Below are positions 6,809 to 16,440 of a stretch of 32,000 nucleotides of DNA, in pieces. Numbering within the stretch: position 1 is the stretch's first letter; the number at the start of each line of letters is the position of its first letter. The position numbers were made by a program, and so were the translations under genes. The stretch is from Opitutia bacterium KCR 482. GTDB lineage: Bacteria > Verrucomicrobiota > Verrucomicrobiia > Opitutales > Intestinicryptomonadaceae. Under the pieces are notes generated by a model that had not been told where the DNA came from, did not search any database, and worked only from the letters and a program-made list of their open reading frames with translations. Location: positions 1,290,001-1,322,000 of the forward strand of contig CP149973.1 of assembly GCA_029269845.2 (NCBI GenBank). The letters are read 5' to 3'.

Positions 6809-9598
6809 CTATTTGTTTGTTGATTCGATTGCCTCGTTGCAGCGCGGGCAGATTCCGTGATCGTCGAGATTTTTCAGGATTCGCCAGCAGCGGACGCAGC
6901 GTTCGCCCTCCGCCTTGCGCGCCTGAATCGCCAAGTTTTCGAATTTTCCCTCGACGATGCGCACGGAGGAAACGATGAAAATCTCCGGCAGTTTATCGGC
7001 AAATTCGCGCAAAATTGCGGCGTCTTCGCAGGATTTGTCAATCGCGATTTCGACTTCCGCTTCGAGGCTCTTGCCGATTGTCTTGTCTTTGCGGAGCTTT
7101 TCAAGCTCTTCGTTGACCCTGTCGCGGATTGCGAGAATGCGGTCGATTTTCGCGGCGGTCGCCTTGTCGGCGTATTCCGCGCCGTAGGACGGCCAATCCT
7201 GCAAGTGGATTGATTCCTCCGAAAATTCCGCGCCGTTCTTGAAGTCGAACGCCTCGTCCGCCGTGAACGTGAGAATGGGGGAAGCCACTTTCAGCAAGAT
7301 GTCGTTTACGATGTCGATTGCCGTCTGCGACGACCTGCGCTCGAACGAATCCGCCGCGCAGGTGTAGAGCCTGTCTTTGAGAATGTCGTGGTAGATGCGC
7401 GAGAGCGTTACGCCGCAAAAGTTGTCGATGAGTTTGTAGACTTTGTGGAATTCGTAGGCTTCGTACGCCTTGTCCGCCTCCTCCGCGAACGCGACCGCCT
7501 TTGCGACCGCCCATTTGTCGATTGCGTCGAGCTTTTCGGGCGCGACCGCGTTTTTCGAGCGGTCGAAGTCGTAGAGGTTTCCGAGCTGGTACATGACCGT
7601 GTTGCGGAAGCCGCGGTAGGCGTTTGCGACATGCGCGAGAATGTCGTCGGAAATCGGAATATCGTTCTGGTAGTCCACGGAGCTAATCCACATGCGGATA
7701 ATGTCCGCGCCCCACTTGCCGACGTACATGTCGGCGGTGTGCGGTTTTCCGTCGCTTTTGGAGATTTTCTTCCTGTTTTGGTCTACGATAAACCCGTGCG
7801 TGATGACCTTTTTATACGGCGCTTTCCCGCGCGTTGCAACCGCCGTCCACAGCGAGCTTTGGAACCAGCCCCTGTGCTGGTCGGAGCCTTCGAAGTAGAG
7901 GTCGGCGGGCCAAGCCAAATCGGGATTCCGCGCGAGCACGGCGGCGTGGCTCGAGCCTGAGTCAATCCAGACGTCGAGTGTGTCCGCGCCCTTGCGGAGC
8001 TTGGAGGCGTCCCAGCCTTCGGGCAGTTTTATGCCGTCGAGGATTTCCGCCTCGCTTGCGTTGTACCAGAAATTCGTGCCGAGCTTTTCGACCTTGTCGG
8101 CAATTCCGCGGATTACGCCTGCGTCGAGATACGCGCCGCCGTTTTCGTCGTAGAACGCGGGAATCGGCACGCCCCACGAGCGTTGGCGCGAAATGCACCA
8201 GTCGGGGCGCGACTCGACCGCTCCGCGTATTCTGTTTTCGCCGCGTTCGGGCACCCACGATACGTTCGAGATTTCGTCGAGGGCGCGCTGGCGCAGACCG
8301 TCCTTGTCGAGCGCGACAAACCACTGGTCCATTGCGCGGAAGATGACGGGCGTCTTCGAACGCCAGCAGTGCGGGTATTGGTGCGAAATTTTCGCGATTT
8401 TCAGCAGCGCGCCGCAGCGGTCGAGAATTTCGAGAACCTTGCCGTTTGCCGCGCTTCTGCCCGCGTCGTTTTCGAGCACGCTCAAACCGACGAGTTCGGC
8501 GGGAATCTGTCCGTCGTCGACATAGCAGCCGTTGTCGTCGAGCGGCGAGTAGATGTCGAGCTTGTTGTCGAGCCCTACCTGATAGTCTTCGAGCCCGTGC
8601 CCGGGGGCGATGTGCACAATGCCCGTGCCCGAATCGGTGGTTACATAGCGCGCGCAGACAATGGGGCTTTTGCGGTTCATGAAGGGGTGGAAGCCCTTTG
8701 CGCCCTCCAACTCCGAGCCTTTGCAAAGCTTTTTGATTTCCGCGTTTTCGAGACCCACCGACGACACGAAGTTTTCCGCCAGAGCCTCGCACACAATGAA
8801 AGTTCTGCCGTTTGCCGAGACCGAAACGTAGTCGATGTCGGGGTTTACCGCCATCGCCAAGTTCGAGGGCATTGTCCACGGGGTTGTCGTCCAGATTACG
8901 GCTTCGGCGTTTTCGAGACCGAGCTTTTTGTTCGACTCTTCGTCGAGCTTGAACGCCACCCAAATCGACGAGCTTGTGTGGTCTTTGTATTCGATTTCCG
9001 CCTCCGCAAGAGCCGTCGCGCACGGAATCGACCAGTACACGGGCTTCTTGCTGCGGTAGACCATTCCCTTTTCGACGAACGCCGAGAACGTGCGGAGAAT
9101 GTCCGCCTCGTACGCGGGGTTCTTGGTTTTGTACTCGTGCTCCCAGTCGGCGAGAATGCCGAGGCGCAGAAACTGCCTGCGCTGTTTTTCGATAAATTCG
9201 GAGGAGAAGTTTGCGCATTCCTCGCGGAGCTGGGCGGTATCGACGTCGCGCTTCTGCTCGCGCAGCATTTTAACCACCTTGTGCTCGATTGGCAGCCCGT
9301 GGCAGTCCCAACCGGGAACGTAGGGCGTGGCGAAGCCTTTGAGAGACTTGTAGCGCAGAATTACGTCCTTCAAAATTTTGTTGAGCGCGGTGCCGATGTG
9401 GACGTCGCCGTTCGTGAACGGGGGGCCGTCGTGGAGGACGAATTTGGGGTGTCCCGCGTTCTTTTTCTGAATGCGCCCGTAGAGGTCGGACTTTTTCCAG
9501 TGTTCGATGCGCGCGGGTTCGCGTTTGACGAGGTCGCCGCGCATGGGGAACTTTGTGTTGGGAAGGTTGAGGGTGTCTTTGAAGTCTTTTTCCGACAT
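6809..9598 (-). CDS. ileS: isoleucine--tRNA ligase
   Basis: A 929-aa ORF. It has the HIGH motif (PPFTNGDVHIGTALNK), KMSKS (KISKSDG) and a C-terminal zinc-binding CxxC...CPRC, with class Ia IleRS similarity throughout. Confidence 0.97.
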   Translation of the reverse strand: MSEKDFKDTLNLPNTKFPMRGDLVKREPARIEHWKKSDLYGRIQKKNAGHPKFVLHDGPPFTNGDVHIGTALNKILKDVILRYKSLKGFATPYVPGWDCHGLPIEHKVVKMLREQKRDVDTAQLREECANFSSEFIEKQRRQFLRLGILADWEHEYKTKNPAYEADILRTFSAFVEKGMVYRSKKPVYWSIPCATALAEAEIEYKDHTSSSIWVAFKLDEESNKKLGLENAEAVIWTTTPWTMPSNLAMAVNPDIDYVSVSANGRTFIVCEALAENFVSSVGLENAEIKKLCKGSELEGAKGFHPFMNRKSPIVCARYVTTDSGTGIVHIAPGHGLEDYQVGLDNKLDIYSPLDDNGCYVDDGQIPAELVGLSVLENDAGRSAANGKVLEILDRCGALLKIAKISHQYPHCWRSKTPVIFRAMDQWFVALDKDGLRQRALDEISNVSWVPERGENRIRGAVESRPDWCISRQRSWGVPIPAFYDENGGAYLDAGVIRGIADKVEKLGTNFWYNASEAEILDGIKLPEGWDASKLRKGADTLDVWIDSGSSHAAVLARNPDLAWPADLYFEGSDQHRGWFQSSLWTAVATRGKAPYKKVITHGFIVDQNRKKISKSDGKPHTADMYVGKWGADIIRMWISSVDYQNDIPISDDILAHVANAYRGFRNTVMYQLGNLYDFDRSKNAVAPEKLDAIDKWAVAKAVAFAEEADKAYEAYEFHKVYKLIDNFCGVTLSRIYHDILKDRLYTCAADSFERRSSQTAIDIVNDILLKVASPILTFTADEAFDFKNGAEFSEESIHLQDWPSYGAEYADKATAAKIDRILAIRDRVNEELEKLRKDKTIGKSLEAEVEIAIDKSCEDAAILREFADKLPEIFIVSSVRIVEGKFENLAIQARKAEGERCVRCWRILKNLDDHGICPRCNEAIESTNK

Positions 9599-9621
9599 TT
9601 TGTAGTTTGCTTAAATTTATC

Positions 9622-10032
9622 TTAGAACGGGAACATGTGGTCCCACACGCTCGACTCCGCGGGTTTGCGGGTTGCGCTCTGCGATTCCACTTTCGACTGC
9701 GACGCCGATTTCACGGTGTCCGCGTACGCCTCGCGCGACGCTGACTTGGACGAAGCCGATTCGCCCGCAGTCTGTTTCGCCGCCGCCTTTTTGACGTCGG
9801 ACGCAGCAACCGTTGCCGCGACGGCGTCGCGCTTCATTTTGCGGATTTCCTTTTTGAGCGAACGTATTTCCGCGCGCAGAGCCGAAATTACGCCTGCGTC
9901 GTCGGCGATTTGCGTTTCCAACGCCGCGATTTTCGCCTTCAACTGCGGGACGGAATCCTGCTGTTGGGCGCAAATCCCGTCCGCCCCGAAAACGGCGGCG
10001 CACAGGCACATGATTGACGCGATTTTTTTCAT
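9622..10032 (-). CDS. secreted coiled-coil hypothetical protein
   Basis: This is ORF 9622..10092, trimmed to the ATG at 10032 (MKKIASIMCLCAAVFGADGICAQ|QQ signal peptide). A heptad-like segment (LKAKIAALETQIADDAGVISALRAEIRSLKKEIRKMK) is followed by an Ala/Ser/Lys-rich tail. The stop is 23 nt upstream of the ileS start. Confidence 0.55.
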   Translation of the reverse strand: MKKIASIMCLCAAVFGADGICAQQQDSVPQLKAKIAALETQIADDAGVISALRAEIRSLKKEIRKMKRDAVAATVAASDVKKAAAKQTAGESASSKSASREAYADTVKSASQSKVESQSATRKPAESSVWDHMFPF

Positions 10033-10177
10033 AGCGCACGATTTAAGCAAAACCCCCCGCGCATTGCAAATTTTTTCTGCCGTTTCGGGCAATAAATTCC
10101 CCGCAAAAACGCGTCCCGCGGCGGGCGGTTTTATAAATTTGACTAATTTTCATTCCGAAGCATATATGTTTTTTCGC

Positions 10178-11077
10178 ATGAAAAAACTTATATATATGGT
10201 GTTGTGCCTTCCGTTTCTTTTGACGGCATGCAATTCTTTCGAAAAAAGGCCCGAACTTGCGACCACATTGGCGACATTCAACCTGCGCCTCGCGCCCAAG
10301 CCAGACTCGAGCATCTCGTATATGTGGCAGGACAGGAAGGACTCCGTGGGGAGGCTCGTCCTCGCCCACAATTTCGACATTTTCGGCACTCAGGAGGGCT
10401 TCAAACACCAGCTCGACTACATCGCAAAAACCACGGGCTACAAGTATTTCGGGGCGGGACGCGACGACGGGAAATCGGGCGGCGAGCACGCCGCGATATT
10501 CTACAACCCCGCGCGTTTCGAAGTTCTCGACAGCGGAGACTTCTGGTTCGCCGAAACGCCCGACAAACCCGTCAAGGGCTGGGACGCCATGTGCAAGCGC
10601 GTCTGCACTTGGGGCAAATTCCGCGACAAGCTCACGGGGGCGCAGCTCTACTTTTTCAGCCTGCATTTCGACCACGTCGGGAAAGTCGCGCGGACGGAAT
10701 CGGCCAAGCTTCTGCTGAAAAAGGCGCGCGAAATCGCGAAGGACGCGCCCGCAGTCTGCGTGGGCGACTTCAACGCGCTCGAATCCGACGAACCCATGAA
10801 AATTATCCTCTCCGACGGGCTTCTGCTCGACTCGCGCAAGCTCTCCAAGACCCAGCCCTACGGGCCGAACGGCACATATCACAATTTTACGGGAACTCCC
10901 CTCTTCGACAGGATAGACTACATTTTGACGACAAAGGGAATCGACATTCTCTCCTACGAAGTCGTATCCGACAAGGCGTGCGGCTTCGACGCAAAAAAGC
11001 GGGCAAACCCCAAGGCGAAAATCCCCGAATACCCCTCCGACCACTTCCCCGTGGCGGTCAAGGCAATCATAAAATAG
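10178..11077 (+). CDS. endonuclease/exonuclease/phosphatase (EEP) family lipoprotein
   Basis: This is the tail of ORF 9635..11077. The start is taken at ATG 10178 (MKKLIYMVLCLPFLLTAC, with lipobox LTAC), and ATG 10166 is also possible. EEP-type motifs are present: FNLR, FGTQE, an HFDH-type site (SLHFDHVG), GDFN, and a C-terminal SDHFPV. Confidence 0.8.
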   Translation: MKKLIYMVLCLPFLLTACNSFEKRPELATTLATFNLRLAPKPDSSISYMWQDRKDSVGRLVLAHNFDIFGTQEGFKHQLDYIAKTTGYKYFGAGRDDGKSGGEHAAIFYNPARFEVLDSGDFWFAETPDKPVKGWDAMCKRVCTWGKFRDKLTGAQLYFFSLHFDHVGKVARTESAKLLLKKAREIAKDAPAVCVGDFNALESDEPMKIILSDGLLLDSRKLSKTQPYGPNGTYHNFTGTPLFDRIDYILTTKGIDILSYEVVSDKACGFDAKKRANPKAKIPEYPSDHFPVAVKAIIK

Positions 11078-11084
11078 CAAACGC

Positions 11085-11120
11085 AAAAAGCTCCCGCGCG
11101 AACGGGAGCTTTTTTGTTTC
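11085..11120. terminator. bidirectional rho-independent terminator (EEP gene / phoU)
   Basis: AAAAAGCTCCCG-cgcgaa-CGGGAGCTTTTT is followed by TGTTT. An A-run lies on one side and a T-run on the other, between convergent genes. Confidence 0.75.
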
Positions 11121-11190
11121 GGCAATTCGAAAGCGGCATTCGAAAGGCGGCGGGGCAATCAGCATGCCGCCGTCGCGCCGCGCGGAAACG

Positions 11191-11880
11191 CTACGCGTCG
11201 CCGTTTCTGATTTCCTCCGCCGCCGCCTTGACGTTGTGGCGCACGATTATGCTGTGCTTCATGTAGATTACGTCTTCGGCAATGTTCGTGCAAAGGTCGG
11301 CGATGCGCTCGAAGCACTTCGAGACAAGCAGGTAGTTGATTTCCGCCATCGCGCTTTCGGGGGCGGACTTCACGCCGCGCTCGACCGCGCCGTAGCACCT
11401 GCGGTTTTCGGAGTCCACAATTTCGTCGTCCTCGCAGACGCCGATTGCGAGAAGCTCGTCGCCCCTGAGGAACGCGTCGATGCTGCTTCTGAGCATGTAG
11501 ATTGTGCGCGACGCCATTTTGTCCAAGTCGAAGGGAATTTCGATTTTCGGCTGGGCTTTTAGCATGATTGCCCGCTTCGCAACGTTCGCGGCGACGTCCC
11601 CGATGTGTTCTAGCTCGTTGTTGATTTTAAGCACCGTCACCACAAAGCGCAGGTCGCTTGCCACGGGCTGGTGGAGCGCGAGAATTTTAAGGCACTCCTC
11701 CTCGGTATCGACCTCCATTTTGTCGATTCCCGCGTCCGCCGAAACGACTTCGCTGGCGAGCGGCTCGGATAGCTCGGTAATGGCGCGGACGCTTTTGCGC
11801 ACGTTCTCCTCTACGGCAATCGCCACTTTGAGGAGGCGGTCTTTGAGTTGCTTTAAATCGTGTCTGAGATGGCTGTTCAT
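11191..11880 (-). CDS. phoU: phosphate signalling complex protein PhoU
   Basis: A 229-aa ORF with two PhoU repeats (E..D..D motifs: INNELEHIGD, CFERIADLCTNIAED). It lies directly downstream of pstB with a 1-nt gap. Confidence 0.92.
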   Translation of the reverse strand: MNSHLRHDLKQLKDRLLKVAIAVEENVRKSVRAITELSEPLASEVVSADAGIDKMEVDTEEECLKILALHQPVASDLRFVVTVLKINNELEHIGDVAANVAKRAIMLKAQPKIEIPFDLDKMASRTIYMLRSSIDAFLRGDELLAIGVCEDDEIVDSENRRCYGAVERGVKSAPESAMAEINYLLVSKCFERIADLCTNIAEDVIYMKHSIIVRHNVKAAAEEIRNGDA

Positions 11881-11881
11881 T

Positions 11882-12712
11882 TTAACCGAACCTCCCCGTT
11901 ATGTAGTCGTTTGTTGCCTTGTTTTTGGGATTCGTAAAAAGCCTGTCGGTCGCGCCGTATTCCACGAGAGAGCCTTCGTAGAAAAAGGCGGTGAAATCGG
12001 AGACGCGCGCGGCCTGCTGCATGTTGTGGGTGACGATTGCGATTGTGTAGTCGCCCGAAAGCTCGCCGATTAAGTCCTCTATCCGCGCGGTCGATTTGGG
12101 GTCGAGGGCGCTGCACGGCTCGTCCATGAGAAGCACCTCGGGGCTTACCGCGAGGGCGCGGGCAATGCAAAGCCTCTGCTGCTGTCCGCCCGACATTCCC
12201 AGCGCGTTCGAGCGAAGCCTGTCCTTCACCTCGTCCCAAAGGGCGGCGCGGCGTAGGGAGGTTTCGACGATTCCGTCAAGCTCGCTCTTCGACACTCCGC
12301 CTTTGAGGCGCACGCCGTAGGCTACGTTGTCGTAAATGCTCTTCGGGAACGGATTCGGACGCTGGAAGACCATGCCGACGCGCCGCCTGAGCTCGGGGAC
12401 GTCGAGACGCTTGTGGTAGATGTCGACGCCGTCGAGCGAAAGAAGCCCCGTCGTGCGGCAGCCGTCCACGAGGTCGTTCATGCGGTTTATGCAGCGCAAA
12501 AAGGTGCTCTTTCCGCAACCGCTCGGCCCGATTATCGCCGTCACCTTGCCGCGCTCGAATTCGACGTCCACGTTTTTGACCGCGTGGAATTTTCCGTAGT
12601 AGACGGAGAAATTTCTGGCGGCTACGGCGAAGTCGCGCCGTTCGGGGGCTTCGGTTGGAATTTTTATGCTGTTTTCCACTTTTGTTTTTTCTTCGTTGTA
12701 TGTTTGCGTCAT
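11882..12712 (-). CDS. pstB: phosphate ABC transporter ATP-binding protein
   Basis: This is ORF 11882..13267, trimmed to the ATG at 12712 ([12 protein letters not shown]...). It has Walker A (GPSGCGKST), the signature LSGGQQQRL, Walker B (LLMDEP) and the PstB-typical C-terminus YITGRFG. Its ATG overlaps the pstA stop (ATGA). Confidence 0.95.
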   Translation of the reverse strand: MTQTYNEEKTKVENSIKIPTEAPERRDFAVAARNFSVYYGKFHAVKNVDVEFERGKVTAIIGPSGCGKSTFLRCINRMNDLVDGCRTTGLLSLDGVDIYHKRLDVPELRRRVGMVFQRPNPFPKSIYDNVAYGVRLKGGVSKSELDGIVETSLRRAALWDEVKDRLRSNALGMSGGQQQRLCIARALAVSPEVLLMDEPCSALDPKSTARIEDLIGELSGDYTIAIVTHNMQQAARVSDFTAFFYEGSLVEYGATDRLFTNPKNKATNDYITGRFG

Positions 12713-14421
12713 GATTTCATTTTGCTCCTCATGCGCGCCCTGACCCATATCGCGACCCCGTTGAGAAGCAGGACTATCGATATGAGCGTGAGCACCATTC
12801 CGTACTGGACGTGCGCGACGCGCTCGGCCATTTCGTGTTCCGAACAAATATTGTAGATGTTCCACGGCAGCGCGGGCGTCGCCTGCGTGAACACTTCGCT
12901 TAGCGCGAGCGCCGCGCCCGTGCTCGTTGCGGCGGTGAAGATAATCGGCGCGGTTTCGCCCGCGGCGCGTCCCATCGAAATGATTATGCCCGTAAGCATT
13001 GAGGGCAGCGCGGCGGGGAGAATCACCGTGCATATCGAGCGCCACTTGCCCGCGCCCAAGCCGAGCGCCGCCTCGCGGTACGAGTTGGGAACCGCCTTCA
13101 ACGCCTCCTCGCAGCTTCGGATAATTGTGGGCAAAATGAGAAGCGCGAGGGTTATCGCGCCCGCAAGCACGCTCTTGCTTTCCGACACTTTCACGGTGTT
13201 GATTAAAAACGCCAAGCCGAACAGGCCGAACACTATCGACGGAACGCCCGCGAGAGTTCCCACGCACATGCGCAGAACGGAGGCTACGCGCCCGTTCCTT
13301 GCGTATTCGGCAAAGTATATCGCGGCGATTATTCCGAGGGGCGCGGCTATCAGCATCGAGCCGAATGTGAGGTAGAACGTGCCCAAAATCATCGGGAATA
13401 TTCCGCCGAAAATGTTGGAATCGTAGGGGTCGTCGAAGAGGAATCCCAAGTAGAGGGCGAAGTGCGGGCGCAGCATGGCGTCGAAATTTCCGTCAACATA
13501 CGCCACGATTTTCTCGACGGGTGTGCCTCGGAAATACTCTGCCGACGAAACGCGTTTGAGGAACTCCGCCCCCGAAGCGTCGCGCCCGCGAACCGTGATT
13601 GTGTTCACGGAATTTTCAAGAACCGCGCGGGCGTTGTCGAGGCGCGTCTGTCCGTACTTGCGGCGCAGAAGCTTTGCGCGCTCGCGGGCGGCGGAATCGC
13701 GCGGGCCGAGAAGCTCGGCTATGCCGTCGCTCAGGGTTTCGTAGGCGCGGTTGTTTTCCTCCAACACGGCGAGGGCTTCGGCGATTTTCTCGTGCGGAAT
13801 TTCGCCCGCGTTTCTGCGCAACGCGCTCTTTTCGGAAAACGTAAGCTTGCGGATTTTTCCAAGCTCGGCGATTTCCCCGCGAACGGCGTCGGCGATTTTT
13901 CCCTCCTGCCGCGCGAGGATTTCGGCAAGCGCAAAAGATGTGCCCGCAGCCGAAGCGTCGGCAACTTCGCGTTCGAGCGCGGAAACGTAGGGCTTCCAGA
14001 ATTTTTCGGACGCCGCGCGGATTGCCTTTGCGCGTGCCGCGCCGCCCAATTTGAGAGCCGCGAAAATTTCGCCCGATTCCGCAGGCATTCCCGCAGCCGA
14101 CTTCGCGAACGCCTCGTCAAGCCCGCGCTCCAAAGCCTTTGCCGAGGCGGGGTTTTCGTATTCGGACATCATTTTGTAGAGCGGCTCTCGCGCGGCGTCG
14201 GCTTCGGCTATCCGCGTTTTTTCGGATTCGGAAAGGTCGTCGCCGACGACTTCGCCGAGGAATTTTTCGTGCTCGACAGTCGCCGTAAAGGCGAACGCCC
14301 CCGCGCCGTTCCAAATTATCGGCGCAAGGAAAAGCACAACCGCCAACGCCATCGCCGCAAGCGAGGAATACGCGAGCGCGGTAAACGCCTTGTCCAAAAT
14401 TTTTCTGTTTGAAACGTTCAT
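12709..14421 (-). CDS. pstA: phosphate ABC transporter permease PstA (long form with a large insertion after TM1)
   Basis: A 570-aa ORF. The C-terminal half or so has the PstA permease core (...[11 protein letters not shown]..., and the EAA-like [20 protein letters not shown]). Residues about 45 to 335 form an extra Ala/Glu/Arg-rich soluble segment. It makes ATGA overlaps with both pstC and pstB. Confidence 0.9.
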   Translation of the reverse strand: MNVSNRKILDKAFTALAYSSLAAMALAVVLFLAPIIWNGAGAFAFTATVEHEKFLGEVVGDDLSESEKTRIAEADAAREPLYKMMSEYENPASAKALERGLDEAFAKSAAGMPAESGEIFAALKLGGAARAKAIRAASEKFWKPYVSALEREVADASAAGTSFALAEILARQEGKIADAVRGEIAELGKIRKLTFSEKSALRRNAGEIPHEKIAEALAVLEENNRAYETLSDGIAELLGPRDSAARERAKLLRRKYGQTRLDNARAVLENSVNTITVRGRDASGAEFLKRVSSAEYFRGTPVEKIVAYVDGNFDAMLRPHFALYLGFLFDDPYDSNIFGGIFPMILGTFYLTFGSMLIAAPLGIIAAIYFAEYARNGRVASVLRMCVGTLAGVPSIVFGLFGLAFLINTVKVSESKSVLAGAITLALLILPTIIRSCEEALKAVPNSYREAALGLGAGKWRSICTVILPAALPSMLTGIIISMGRAAGETAPIIFTAATSTGAALALSEVFTQATPALPWNIYNICSEHEMAERVAHVQYGMVLTLISIVLLLNGVAIWVRARMRSKMKS

Positions 14422-15551
14422 TTTCTTTTCGATTTAAAGCCCGACCCGACCCACTGTCCCGCGGCGTTCAGAAGCAGCCCGCCGAGCAGCAGGCATAGGC
14501 TCACGGCAAACAGGACGTGGTATCTGTCCGACCCCGTGCTCTGGTCGGCTTCGCCCATTTCGCCCGCAATTGTCGCGGTGAGCGTGCGCACGGGTTCGAG
14601 GAAATTGTAGAAAGGTTCGGGGATTTTCAGCGAGTTTCCGCTCGCCATCCACACGACCATCGTTTCGCCGACAACCCTCATCAAGCCGAGAATCACGGCG
14701 ACAGCTATGCCGCTTTTTGCGCAGGGAAGCAACACTTTGAAAATCGTCTCGAAGCGCGTGGCTCCGAGCGCGAGCGAACCCTCGCGCATGTCGCGCCCGA
14801 CCGACGCAAGGGCGTCCTGCGAAATGCTCACGATAGTCGGCAACGCCATCACCGCAAGAATCACCGACGCATTCAGCGCGTTCGTGCCGCTCGAAATTTC
14901 GACGAACGAAACGCGGTACGCCGCCGCGCACACAAGCGCAAGCCCCGCCGCGGTAAAAGCCGCGTCGAACGCCGCCCTCGCGCCCGCCTTTTTGAAAAGC
15001 CGCCCCGAAATGCCCGCGCCGAACGCAAGCCCGAAAATCAGCGCAAGCGGCACGCCCGCAAGCAATATCGCGGCGGAAAGCAGCGCGCCGCCGCGCGTTT
15101 GGAGAATCGGCGCGAATACTACAATCGCGAAAAACCCGTACGCCACGGAGGGAATCGCCGCAAGAAGCTCGACGACGGGCTTGAAAATCTGCGCGGTCTT
15201 TCCGCCCACGATTTCGTTCAGGCAGACCGCAGTCAAAATGCCGAGCGGCACGGCGACCGCGCACGAGCCTGCCGTTACCATCAGCGTTCCGTAAAAAATG
15301 GAGAGCGCGCCGAAATGCGGATTCGCCTCTTTCGACGGGCTCCAATCCGTGCCCGTGAAAAACTCTTTCAGGTGCGCCAGATTGTCGAAGAACGGCAGCG
15401 CCTCCTTGGTTATGAAAAATATTATGAACACGACCGCAAGCGTCGGAACGGCGGTAATACACAGCAAACCCGCCCTGCCGAGGCGACCGGCGACGGCTTT
15501 CGCCGCGTCGGTACGCGCGTCCATAATCAGACTGTTTTTCCTGCTTTCCAT
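14418..15551 (-). CDS. pstC: phosphate ABC transporter permease PstC
   Basis: A 377-aa ORF with multiple TM segments and an EAA loop (SQDALASVGRDMREGSLALGATRFE). It sits between pstS and pstA. The start could instead be the Met ten codons in. Confidence 0.9.
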   Translation of the reverse strand: MESRKNSLIMDARTDAAKAVAGRLGRAGLLCITAVPTLAVVFIIFFITKEALPFFDNLAHLKEFFTGTDWSPSKEANPHFGALSIFYGTLMVTAGSCAVAVPLGILTAVCLNEIVGGKTAQIFKPVVELLAAIPSVAYGFFAIVVFAPILQTRGGALLSAAILLAGVPLALIFGLAFGAGISGRLFKKAGARAAFDAAFTAAGLALVCAAAYRVSFVEISSGTNALNASVILAVMALPTIVSISQDALASVGRDMREGSLALGATRFETIFKVLLPCAKSGIAVAVILGLMRVVGETMVVWMASGNSLKIPEPFYNFLEPVRTLTATIAGEMGEADQSTGSDRYHVLFAVSLCLLLGGLLLNAAGQWVGSGFKSKRK

Positions 15552-15572
15552 GGAGACGCCGCCTCGGGGTTG

Positions 15573-16406
15573 TTATTCGCAAACGGGAATGTATCCGAGG
15601 TCGGAGACGATTTCCCTGCCCTCCTTCGAGAGGTGGAGCGTTACGAAGTTATACACGTCCGAACCCATTTTCGGGTAGCCGTTTGTGAACATGTAGAGGG
15701 GGCGGGCAATCGGATATTTGCCCGTCGAAACGCTCTTTGCGGCGGGAAGAATGCCCTCCACGGAAAGCGGTTTTACGGTGTCGTCAACGAAGCCCAAGCC
15801 GACGTACGCGATTGCGTTTTTGGTCGTGTTGACGCGCGTGCGAGCCTGACCGTTGGAGCCGACGTATTCGGCGTCCTTTGTAATGGCCGCCTTTTTGAGG
15901 ACAAGCTCGTTGAAGGTTTCGTAAGTGCCGCTGTTTGTGTCGCGCGAGACGACCACGATTTTCGCGTCCTCGCCGCCGAGCTGTTTCCAGTTGGAGATTT
16001 TGCCCGTGTAGATGTCGGCGATTTGCGAAACCGTCAGAGCCTTGACGGGGTTCTTGGGGTTGACCACAACCGCGAGACCGTCGAACGCCACGACGTGCGC
16101 CACGGGAAGAATGCCCTTGTCCACGCAGCTTTTAAATTCGGCGGGCTTCATGAAGCGCGACATGTTGGCGATGTCGCAGGCGTTGTTCATGAGGCTCTTT
16201 ACGCCGTTGCCGCTGCCCGATTCGCTGATTGTGATGTTTACGCCGGAGTGGTTTTCCTTGTAGAAGTCGGCAAATGCCTTGGAAATCGGGCCGACGGTCG
16301 TCGAGCCGTCGATTACGATTTTCGTTTCCGCAGAAGCCGCCGCGCCGCAAAGCGCGAGGACGGCAACCGCCGTGATTTTTGCTATTTTCGACATTGTGTT
16401 TTTCAT
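15573..16406 (-). CDS. pstS: phosphate-binding protein PstS family
   Basis: A 277-aa ORF with a signal peptide (...LALCGAAASAE). It shows GSTTV, SGSGNG and SRxxxSGT-type phosphate-binding motifs. AAGGAA lies 9 nt upstream of the ATG. Confidence 0.9.
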   Translation of the reverse strand: MKNTMSKIAKITAVAVLALCGAAASAETKIVIDGSTTVGPISKAFADFYKENHSGVNITISESGSGNGVKSLMNNACDIANMSRFMKPAEFKSCVDKGILPVAHVVAFDGLAVVVNPKNPVKALTVSQIADIYTGKISNWKQLGGEDAKIVVVSRDTNSGTYETFNELVLKKAAITKDAEYVGSNGQARTRVNTTKNAIAYVGLGFVDDTVKPLSVEGILPAAKSVSTGKYPIARPLYMFTNGYPKMGSDVYNFVTLHLSKEGREIVSDLGYIPVCE

Positions 16407-16440
16407 GTTGTCGTTTCCTTTCGGTTGAAATTTTTATGCG

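Noticed and set aside
11123-11150. A tandem 14-bp repeat, caattcgaaagcgg / cattcgaaaggcgg, lies between the phoU stop and its terminator.
   Set aside because: It is only two short copies in a 3' untranslated stretch, and each is centred on a TTCGAA palindrome. Nothing distinguishes it from chance low-complexity sequence, and no function can be argued from the sequence alone.
14434-15582. A 382-aa same-strand alternative-frame ORF spanning nearly all of pstC. Similar out-of-frame ORFs lie inside ileS (7962..9218) and the ThuA-like gene (21937..23277).
   Set aside because: Their translations are Arg-rich nonsense, whereas the chosen frames give canonical permease, synthetase and ThuA motifs. 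This is a GC-composition artefact, and there is no evidence for overlapping genes.
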